Assembly: GCA_043228905.1 (NCBI GenBank)
Contig: JBHGNT010000001.1
Coordinates: forward strand, 30,504,001 to 30,568,000
DNA from: Azolla caroliniana
Taxonomy: Eukaryota > Plantae > Polypodiophyta
Length of the DNA stretch: 64,000 nucleotides
Direction of reading: 5' to 3'
Positions within the stretch are counted from its first letter, which is position 1, and the number at the start of each line of letters is the position of its first letter. This document shows, in pieces, positions 54,141 through 64,000 of the stretch. The position numbers were made by a program, and so were the translations under genes. Under the pieces are notes generated by a model that searched no databases, was not told the DNA's origin, and worked only from the letters and a program-made list of their open reading frames with translations.

Positions 54141-54791
54141 TGTCGTGAAGAAAACCGTCCCTTGGCGCAATCGGTGCATAGCGCGCGTGAACCGGCTCTT
54201 CACGCGTGCGCGCCCTTAATGTAGATAATAGGGAATTAAGTAGAAAGGCATATCTGGGTAGTTAGGTTTGGTAGGTAGGAAGTAAATGAGGGAGACGACT
54301 CCCTTCTTGAAGCTATAAAGGAGAGGGAGACGCAGGGAGAAAGGGATCGCGCATTAGGGAGGACGAAGTGCTGTCGGACCGTAACCGAACGCTTCTCCTC
54401 TGATTCGTTCTCCATCACTCTTCTCTGCAGGTTTTTCGGGAGGCTCGCGTTGCTTCGAGGAACGCCCGTGTGCTTCCGGCAGCACCTCCACCCTTTTCTC
54501 CTTTCGTGCGCAGACGAACAGGCATCGGCATCTGTTTGTCGGCCTGTTCGGTTGTAACCGCTCACGTGCTCTGTTGTGTATTTGTTATTCGTTAATATAC
54601 AAACACTTGTGTCTCCCTGTCTCTGTGTCCATTCGCGTCTTCTGTGTTGACGGGCCGTGCCCCTGTGTTTCTTTGCTCATACGTGACCGGGCGTCTCTCT
54701 CTTTCTCTTTCCCCTTCTATGACCTGCTCTTCGGTTCAAGACCCCGGTGGTCCCGCCTCGTTTCTCCACGCACGCGCGTAGTAACGCGACA
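54141..54791 (+). mobile_element. Solo LTR inserted into the 3' LTR of the Tat-like element
   Basis: TGTCG...CGCGACA termini with 4-bp TSD ACGC. Removing it restores CGGTTCACGCGGGAA, matching the 5' LTR at ~46912-46926. Confidence 0.85.
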
Positions 54792-54800
54792 ACGCGGGAA

Positions 54801-57800
54801 CCATTCTACTCATTTTTATACCCACAACCATTTCTAAAATTGTTTGTGATGTTGTGGAGAAACACCATTTCGTCTCCAAAAGACATTTGCAATTGGTTCT
54901 TTCCATGATCTAGCATGTAAGATTTTCCTACTAATCTACATAGAGTATTGAAAAAAAGACACATATTTTATTTGATCTTGAGCCCACACCTTCCAATACA
55001 GTTCTCCAAGATCCCAAGATAATCTAGATATTGGTCTCAAGGTATTGAACGTAATCTCAAGATATCTGACATTGAAGTGTAATTATTGTTATAGTTTTAA
55101 GATATATTAATTCCACCTCAGACCAAAAGTTGTCTCTGAAAATAAGTGAAACCTTTGCCATCGTTTCTTAAAGTCCATTTGACGTTGCCATGGAACATCA
55201 ACTGAACCCTGCAAATCATCATATTAATCACGTAGTGTATGGACAAATAACAACCAGAATTCAATAAGCATGGTGCAGATATGTATGTGAGCATGATTAA
55301 AAACAACATCACATCTCGCTTTTCATATTTTCCAAAGAGCTAATGACGTAATAGTACGCAAAATAACCAAATTTTTAATTCTAAACCATGGAATAGAAGA
55401 TGGAAATGAAGTAAGATAGAGGTGCCCATGGGGAAAATGAAAGACATGAGAAGCATGCCTACTTTCATACTTCATAACATCTCCATGAAGGACGACCCAA
55501 AATACTGCACCCCACGAGAAAATAGAACGAGAATAATGGTGTCTCAACAATAAAAATAGTTTACTCCAAATATGCTTGCTCTTGGGACAACCAAAACAAA
55601 TACAACATAGATTCCATAGATGCACCACAATGCATTCCACAAGCATACGGTTGATTTTGCCTCAACCAATCACCAACAGGAAGAGCATAATGCATCAATA
55701 GCCAACGAAAACAAAGCACTTTTTTCGGCAACGACATACTCTACAACCATTTCTAGAATTTGGTAAGTTGCAATGCATTCACATTATTTCCAGTTCAATG
55801 CTTCATGGTAGCGAGGCATTTATACTTTGATTGCAACAATAAATTTCTACCTAGCTTAATCGAATATTGGAAAAACTCCAAATGTTTACCATTTCCACCA
55901 ACACTCGACTTTTTCCATTGATAATCAATTGGATCCCAATCCAAATTGTAAAGCGGCTTTCTTTGAAAAACCCACAATGAACAACACCGTAAGCATTCTT
56001 GAAAGGGTGGATCCAATAACCATTTTTTTCCAGATCTTGCAACTACTTGAATAGTTGAAACATTGGTGGACATCCACACATCTGATGCAGAAAATACATG
56101 CCACAACCTACCACCATCATCCACATTAAAGTATATAACATCATTCACAATGTTAGTTACTTTAGCTCCTAAAATAACTTGTAAAGTAGAGAAATAACCA
56201 AACCAAATCTGATTGCTAGAGGGGGACCATGAAGCCATAAATTGTCTGAAAAGAATAGTGTGCGGAAGCAATAGAAAACCGAACACAGAAGATACACAGG
56301 TTTAATGGAGAGCTTTACAATACGCGGGAGAGACAGAGAGAGAGAACACACAGAAACTCAATTCAAAATAATACTCAATCTGTACATACACCGTGCTCAG
56401 TGAGCACCTTTTATATAAGCCCTGACAATAGGGCTGACACAAGTACTGACAGTACTTGACTGCTCATAAATGAGCCTTCTACACTAACTCCCAAAATTAT
56501 TCCTTACGAGGAATATCTTCCCAACGGCCTCACGGTTTTTACACCGATACGGCCATGTTATGCGTACCAATTTACGCGTCTAGTCTACGCACTGGGTTAC
56601 GCATCGTATTACGCACGAATGTTGAGCTTGTCTCTCAACACTCCCCCTCAAGCTCAACTTGAGGTTCCACTTGCTCCGCCGGATCTACGCTCCAGTTCCT
56701 TCTGGCTTCATGCCTTGCTCGCGCTCTTCGACCTGTTTGATTCCGTGCGCCTCGACCCTTCCAATCGGCTTGTCTGCTTACACGGCCCTTCTCAGCTTCC
56801 TTGTTGTTGCGGTGTTGGCGCCTCTTCTGTTGCCTTCTCTTCCGCTTGGCCCTTGGTTGATTCAGTGTATCCAAATCAAACATTCGAATCGACTCGGCTT
56901 CCTCCGATCAGTTTTCGCTTTCGTCCGAGTTGGCTATCTCCAACTCGTCTTCGGTCTTCTCGCCCTTTATGGCTTCGTCTCCCCCACGCTTGGTTGGCTT
57001 CGGCTCTTTCTTTCGATTGCGGCCCTTGCTTTCGAAATCAAATTCTTCAGCCGATCCGAAATCGAATTCTTCATCCGATTTCTTATCACGGTCACTTCCG
57101 CCGTCATGAACACCTCCGCTCCTTTCATGCTCTTGTCCTTGTTCTTCTTGTTCTTCCTTTCTCCCCCTCAAGTTCGGCATGTTGAGGTGACGCAACCCAA
57201 GCGCACATGAGAATTATCGTAACTTGTTGAAACCAAGAGGCTTGGTGAAGATGTCGGCAATCTGCCGATCCGTCGGAACATACGCTAGTTAGACTTCACC
57301 GGAAAGGACCCACTCGGAGAAAAAATGGTAATGCACCTCAATGTGCTTGGTTCGGGCGTGGAAAACGGGGTTCTTCGCAAGGTGGATATTGCTGAGGTTG
57401 TTGAAATAGATCGTCGTCGGATCAGACACCTTGACATGTAGATCCCGTAATAGCCGTTTCAGCCAAATGACTTCGCATGTGGATCCGTGCGAAGTCATTC
57501 GGCCTCCGTGCTCGACAGTGCCACTGTCGGCTGCTTTTTGCTGCTCCACGCGATCGCCGCACTTCCTAATGAGAATGCATATCCGGATGTGGATCTACGA
57601 TCGTGGGCATTTCCAACCCAATCGACATCTGTGTAGCCGACTAATTGTTCGGCTACGCTTGCTCGATAAAACAACGTCATGTCTTTCGTGTCACTAACAT
57701 AACCCAATATTTGTTGCGTGCACTGAAAGTGTTCGGCCGTAGGCTGCGACATGAATTGACTGATTAAGCCGACCGGGTAGCTAAGATCCGGCCGAGTAAT

Positions 57801-60404
57801 CGTCAAATAGATAAGGCTCCCGACAATCTGTCGGAACCGTGTCGGGTCGCATGCGAAATTTCGGCAACCCGAAAACAATGTTCTTCATCTGCATTTCACG
57901 AAGCCGTGGGAAATTTACGTGGCCGAACCGCTTGTGCCACAGGTCGATATCTGATTCGACCTTTTTTCCTTTCGTGTACAACGTGGTTCCGGCTTGATTA
58001 GTGTCGAGGATAAACATCCTCCCTTCACGGCACCCATGCGCGATTACTTTGCCTTCCTTTTCTATGAAGCAGCCAAGATGCGTGAATCGAACATGCATTC
58101 CCTAGTCGACGATCTGACCAACTGACACCAAGTTCTTCGTTATTGTCGGGACATGCAACACGTTCATAAGCTTCCCTTTCTGCCCGACGTGGCTGAGAGG
58201 AACTTCGCCGACCTGTTCGATGGTATGCGGAGTGTTGTCTCCCATTTTGACCACTCCTTGTGATTCCGGTTTCTCCAAGTACGAGAACCATTCCTCGTGA
58301 CTCGTCGTATGATTTGACGCTCCGGAATCGACATAGCACACCTCGCTTGATTTCGAGGTGTTCATGGCCATTGAGTTGGCCTTATGCTTCATTACGAAGG
58401 CAGGGCCCGCTCCATCTCCGGCTCGTTCGGAGCCCTCAGTGTAGTGCGATCTTTGATGCCTTCCTGCGTCTTTTCCGCTCGGTCTAGCTTTGTCCGAGTC
58501 GGCTTGTTTCTTCCAGCACTCGCTCTCCCTGTGGCCTTTCTTGCCACAGTACCAGCATTCCGGCCTGGTCTTCTCTTGCCGTCCTCCGGCGCCGCCATGA
58601 CTCCCCTTGCTTGCGGAGGGTTCAAAATTGCTTCCGGCATCTCGATTATGCCGTACATTCTGCTCTTTTTGGTCGCGTCCATTGCACGCCGATCTGGCTC
58701 GTCCACCCTGACCACGGGGCCTATCATCTTCCGTGTAAAGTATCTTGCCATCGGCGTGCGCACTCGTCGACGCACCTGCGTGGTTTTCTTCTACGAGCAA
58801 CATTGACTGAAGCTCGAAAAACGAAGGCGTAATCTCCCTCCTGTAGACTGCCGTTCGGAAAGGTTCGAACTTTGACGCCAAGCCACCAAGACAAACCTGC
58901 ACCATTTCATCTTCCTCAACGTTCACGTTGATGGAGGCGAGAGAGTCGCAGATTTCTTTGATCTTGGTGGTGTAATCAACCACCGACATATCTCTTTGTC
59001 GTGCATTGTTGAGCTCCTACTTGAGTTGCAGCTTCCTAGCCGTTGTGCTGGTGGCGAAAATCCTTTTGAGATTCGCCCACGCGTCCTTCGGCATCTTGGC
59101 ATCCCAAATATAGCTCAAAAGTTGGTCGCTCACACAGGATGCAAAGCAGTAGAGAACTCTGGTTGCCGCTTGTTCCGAAGCCGGAAAATCTCTGTGTGTC
59201 GAATTGGGTGCTACATCATTAGCTCCTTCAACGTAACCCCAGTAGCCATGGCCGAGCAGGTACTGGTGCATCTTGTAAGACCAAGATGCGTAGTTGCTTC
59301 TGTCAAGCTTTCTAGTCAGTAGTGAGCTTCCCATACCTCTGTCCATATTGCCGTCTTTTTCTTTTCCAAACAAAAACGAAGAACAACTTCAACTTTGTTT
59401 TGTCGCAAGCTTTTCTTGTCGGCTGCAGAGGACTTCAACCCTCGCGCTCTGATACCATGAAAAGAATAGCGTGCGGAAGCAATAGAAAACCGAACACAGA
59501 AGATACATAGGTTTAATGTAGAGCTTTACAATACGCGGGAGAGACAGAGAGAGAGAACACACAGAAACTCAATTCAAAATAATACTCAATCTGTACATAC
59601 ATTGTGCTCAGTGAGCACCTTTTATACAAGCCCTGACAATAGGGCTGCCACAAGTACTGACAGTACTTGACCGCTCATAAATGAGCCTTCTACACTAACT
59701 CCCAAAATTATTCCTTATGAGGAATATCTTCCCAACGACCTCACGGTTTTTACACCGATACGGCCATGTTATGTGTACCGATTTACGCACCTAGTCTACG
59801 CACTGGGTTACGCATCGTATTACACACGAATGTTGAGCTTGTCTCTCAACATTGTCCCAATGCCACTTGCATATCATTGCACATAATAGCACTTCCTCGA
59901 ACTGAAAGCATCGAAAAAAGTTTATTCATAACATAACATCCCCATGATAGAACATTACCTGCTAGTGATGTATCCAAAGAAGCCAAATTCAGCTAAGGAC
60001 GATTACCAAGTAGAAAACCCCTTGCATCAAAGAAGAGAAAATTCCAGGTTAAAGGTTGTCTCAACAAGTCATCTGTTGTCAAAGGAATCTTCTGAACTAG
60101 AGACTTTTCAACAACTAACCAACTTGTGAGAATTCCATTAAAAAACCTATCTTCTGATAAGGTTGTTTTAAACAAATGAAATTTTTGAATAAAGGCCCAA
60201 CTTAATGAGGGTTGTCATATTCCACCTATTGTCGGACACATAGTAGACAACCTATGCATCATCAACTGACTCCAAACACCTTGCATTGGCAACATAACTC
60301 TACGCACAAATTTAGAAAGCAAAGCCTTATATTGTGCTTCTAGATCCACAAACCCCAACCCACCATTTTGTCGTGGAGCAATCAATATTGCCCAAGCTAC
60401 TTTA
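54801..60404 (-). mobile_element. L1-like LINE ORF2 remnant (post-RT region), interrupted by the Copia at 56247-59851 and cut by the Gypsy at 60405
   Basis: Minus strand KVAWAILIAPRQNGGLGFVDLEAQYKALLSKF (~60290-60403) and zf-RVT-like C.FGCPKSKHIW (~55570-55610). Confidence 0.7.
56247..59851 (-). mobile_element. Internally deleted Ty1/Copia LTR retrotransposon; LTRs 59851-59458 and 56640-56247
   Basis: 5-bp TSD TTGTC; 394-bp LTRs; Met-tRNA PBS TGGTATCAGAGC; PPT TTGAGGGGGAG. Gag (NYASWSYKM, CWYCGKKGH), protease (VDSGASNH) and pre-integrase LWHKRFGH are joined directly to the RT end/RNase H (TRPDL, WSSKKQPTVALSSTEAE, HARTKHIEVHYHF). The integrase core and most of RT are missing. Confidence 0.93.
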
Positions 60405-60697
60405 TGTTATGATATGGCAAGACTCGAACCCATGACCTTATGTTACATTCGAGCTCTTGACCATTAAACTATATGTTATAATATGAAAAATATTATTTTC
60501 ATTTAAGTTTTACTATAGAAAATTGATGTATATTCCAGATTTCTCTAGAACATTCTAGAAATTTCAGGAGTACTCTTGAGAACACTATAAAAGGAGGCAC
60601 AAGGCATTATTTCGAACCAAATCAGTTCAACGCCAGTCTTAAGCCTCCTAGCTACTATTGTATATTCTCTTAACACAATATATATCTTTTGTTATCA

Positions 60698-60739
<42 letters not shown>

Positions 60740-63700
60740 ACTCTTTCCTTCTCTCAAGAGTTCTACACCTCCCTTAGTACTAATCCTCACCTTTTAGTAC
60801 TAATTCCTTCTCTGTCTTAGTACTGTTCCTAACAGTACTTCACTGTCTTACTAGTATTGCTCTTGACAGTTTGAACCGATTTTCCGGTCTCCTTCCTTCT
60901 CTTCCTTTATCTTCTTACTTCTACCTCCCTTCATACTAATCACTTATTCATCTTTTCTCTCATACTATCGCCATTGTTAGCGCTCAAGAATATCAATCCG
61001 TTTTTTCGGAGTTGCAATGCTTGAAAAAGAAGTTTCTCAAATTGGAACAAGAAAATCAATGAGTGCTAGGGGAGCTTCAACAAATCTCCTTAGAGAAGCA
61101 GCAGACGCAACAACAACATAGGGAACTAGCGTTACGCGTGCAACAGCTCGAAGCTACCATAGTAGCAATGCAACAACAAGGACCCAGTACACAAGGGGTT
61201 CATAAAGAACCCAAGATCGGCCTTCCCATGAAATTTGATGGAACACGATCGCAATTTAGAGGATTCCTTAATCAGGTACGATTAGTCATTCAAATGCATC
61301 CTTCCCGATATCCCACCGATGCATCACAAGTAGGTTTAGTAGGCACGTTGTTAAGTGGCTCGGCTTTGGCATGGTTTGCTCCGTTGTTAGAAAAGGAATC
61401 TCCTTTACTAAACAATTTTGAAGAGTTTTAAGTGAGTTTAAACCCTTTTTTGGAGATACTAACAGCATAAGGACAACAATCAACAAAATCCGACAATTAC
61501 GTCAAGGTGATCGTCCAACCTTTGCGTACACTGCAAATTTCCAGCTACTCACCTTGATATCCCCTGGGATGACCAAGCACTTATGGAGCAATTTTGTTAT
61601 CGTCTACGTAACGATGTCAAGGGTTTACTCTTGACCTTCCTTGAAGAACCAAAGTCATTGACAGAAGCAATCAGTCACGCGGTGAGATGCAACAACCGTC
61701 TTTTTGGACGACAATTGGAACGTTAGTTCCAGATGCTAAGGGCAAGTTTAGAGCCCAACTACGCCTCAGTGGTGGCAAAACCTTTCCCAAGTGAATACAC
61801 TAACCTGATGGAAATTGACAGTACACGTTGTCGCAGACCATTATTGGAAGAAAAAAAGCAGCGACGCTAAGCAAATCGACTATGTCTTTATTGTGGTGGA
61901 CCAGGGCATATTGAAGTGAATTGTCCCCATAGGCCAAGAAGACAGGTGAACCAAATAGTTGCTAGTTCTAATTGCACTAAACCCGATTCTATTTCAGTAG
62001 GAATATCTGATAGTCCTAATAGTACCAATAGCCCAAATCTATCGAACAAATTTGATGTCCAGCCAAAATAAGAGTCGTTTGGTTGGAGAGCCTTAGATTT
62101 GTGCAACCCATTAGTGGTTCCATTCCCTCTAAGCAAGTTAGCAATGTTTTCTTAGCCCAAGTAACCGTTAGTACTAAAAGTACCTCTCTAGTACATGTCT
62201 TAGCACTCCTAGATTCCGGAGCTAATTCTTGCTTCATGGATAGGATTTTTTCCCAAACTCATCATATATCCCTAAGAAAACTCCCGTGTCCAGCCTCTGT
62301 AACTGTAGTCATTCATGGAGAGCCCTTTAATATTGTCCTAGATAATTTAGTGTGTGTAGTATCCTTTAATATAATTAGTATCCCAGAACATCCCAATGTT
62401 TTGGGATTACCATGGTTCGAATTACATATCCCAGACATAGATTGGAGAACAAGAGAAATCCGGTATCGACAAACCCGAGGATCTACTCATAAGATTGCAA
62501 CCATTTCGCTACATTAGTTGCATGAGGAAGGACGCAAGGAAGAAATGTTTCTCTTCGCAATATCAATAAAACCCTTAAACACCACTAAAGAGGAGTTCAC
62601 CATTCAACTTCCAGAGAATTATCGTCATTATGCCTATGTGTTCGATAAAGTAGAAGCTAGTGCGCTTCCTCACCATCGATTTACAACCGGGAAAAGAGCC
62701 ACCATGGGGACCGATCTACAATTTGTCACCAACTGAGCTAGAAGTCCTTCGAGCCTATATAGAGGAGAATTTGGCAAATGGTTTCATTCTACATTCGAAA
62801 TCTCCAGCCAGCGCACCCATTTTCTTTGTCAAGAAAAAGGAGATTGATCACTTCGTCTCATCCTAGATTACCGTGGCTTGAATAAGGTTAGCATTAGGCA
62901 TAGGTACGCACTTCCCCTTATCTCAAGTCTTTTAGAATGGATCAATGGTGCAAGGTTCTTCACAAAGATCCACTTACGAGGAGCATATAACCTCATACGG
63001 ATCCGACCAGGAGATGAATGGAAGACCACTTTTCGCACCAGATATGGGCACTTCGAGTATACGATCATGCCATTCGGCCTCACTAATGCGCCAACAGTCT
63101 TCCAACACATGGCAAATGATATATTCCGAGATCTCTTGGATGTTTGTTTGATCATCTATTTGGATGATCTATTGGTTTATTCGAAGACCCAAGAAGAGCA
63201 TGATTCTCAGGTACTGTTAGTACTAAAAAAACTTCGAGAACATGGTCTTTATGCAAAGCTGGAAAAATGTAGTTTCGAGTGCAACCAGGTAGAATTTCTG
63301 GGCTATGTCATTTTCTCAGAAGGCATCTCCATGGATCTAGCTAAGGTCAAAACCATGGTAGAGTGGAAGACTCCGCGTACGTTGTGAGATGTGCAATGTT
63401 TTTTAGGCTTTGCCAATTTCTACTGCAAGTTTATACAAGATTACTCAAACCTTGTTCTGCTTCTCACACAACTCACCAGGAAGGGACAATCGTTTGTTTG
63501 GTCTGAAGAAGCAGACATGGCTTTTGAGGGTCTTAAGAAGGCATTTACATCAGCTCCTATTGTGGTTCATGTTGATCCGGAAAAACCATTCATCATTGAA
63601 GCAGACACGTCAGATTTCGCGTTGGGTAGCATTCTGTCTCAACAAGGCGATGATGAAAAGCTCCATCCTGTGGCTTTCCACTCGCGCAAGTTTGACGCCG

Positions 63701-64000
63701 CCGAAATCAACTATGAAATTCATGATAAGGAGCTATTAGCAATAGTGGACTCATTTACACAATGGAGGGATTTTCTAGAGGGATCTTCTCATCAAGTCAT
63801 CGTATTCAGTGATCACAAAAACCTTGCCTACTTTCAGAATGCTCGTGTGTTAAATCGACGTCAAGCTCGGTGGGCCCAATTCCTCACTCGTTGTGACTTC
63901 AAAATTACATATCGTCCGGGGAAGCAACAAGGGAGGGCAAATGCTTTATTACGGGGCTCGTATCTAGCACCTCATCTTGGCGAGCCAGCTTTCGATAACC
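60405..64000 (+). mobile_element. Second Tcn1-like chromoviral Gypsy copy (same family as 32396-46320); 5' LTR 60405-60868; continues beyond the window
   Basis: LTR is homologous to 32396-32811; gag (EPKIGLPMKFDGTRSQFRGF), protease LLDSGAN, RT YLDD, RNase H; multiple stops and frameshifts. Confidence 0.93.

Larger units (their letters stand above)
46837..54800 (+). mobile_element. Tat-like Ty3/Gypsy remnant: 5' LTR 46837-47286, PBS TGGCATGCTTGG, gag from 47575, pol missing, degenerate extra coiled-coil ORF (~50590-54000), truncated 3' LTR from 54056
   Basis: LTR start TGTTGTCCG..GAATAGTAAC...GGACAAGTGCG is repeated at 46837 and 54056. Retrotransposon gag reads YPRFNGEIDAATHIRLF...IKQLPTETIADFSLRF, followed by CCHC knuckles. 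Confidence 0.7.

Noticed and set aside
56619-57210. Plus-strand 183-188 aa ORFs
   Set aside because: Antisense to the GC-rich Copia 3' region; no domain features.

Overview
Eukaryotic land-plant genomic DNA, most consistent with a fern or other non-seed plant (PLS-type PPR ending at a truncated E motif, Tcn1-like chromoviruses, spliceosomal introns, microsatellites). The first ~27 kb holds four host genes: an RNA polymerase second-largest subunit of the Pol IV/V type (NRPD2/NRPE2-like, running off the window start), an intronless PLS-class PPR gene, a 3-exon NAC transcription factor and a 4-exon RING-H2 E3 ligase. From ~32.3 kb to the end is a nested transposon pile: a Bianca-type Copia remnant, two Tcn1-like chromoviral Gypsy copies, Tat-like Gypsy remnants, three related solo LTRs, an internally deleted Copia and an L1 LINE remnant. 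The most unusual item is a ~7.5 kb insertion (33688-41242) inside a Gypsy gag. It carries a DDD-type (Sola1/DUF7869-like) transposase and a divergently transcribed, spliced gene for a ParB/Sulfiredoxin-fold protein. The first intron of that gene holds eight copies of a 25-bp palindrome (consensus perfect; several copies carry 1-2 substitutions) at ~51-bp spacing, a candidate ParB/parS-like or anti-silencing module in a plant DNA transposon. All family calls come from motif recognition by eye; no searches were run.
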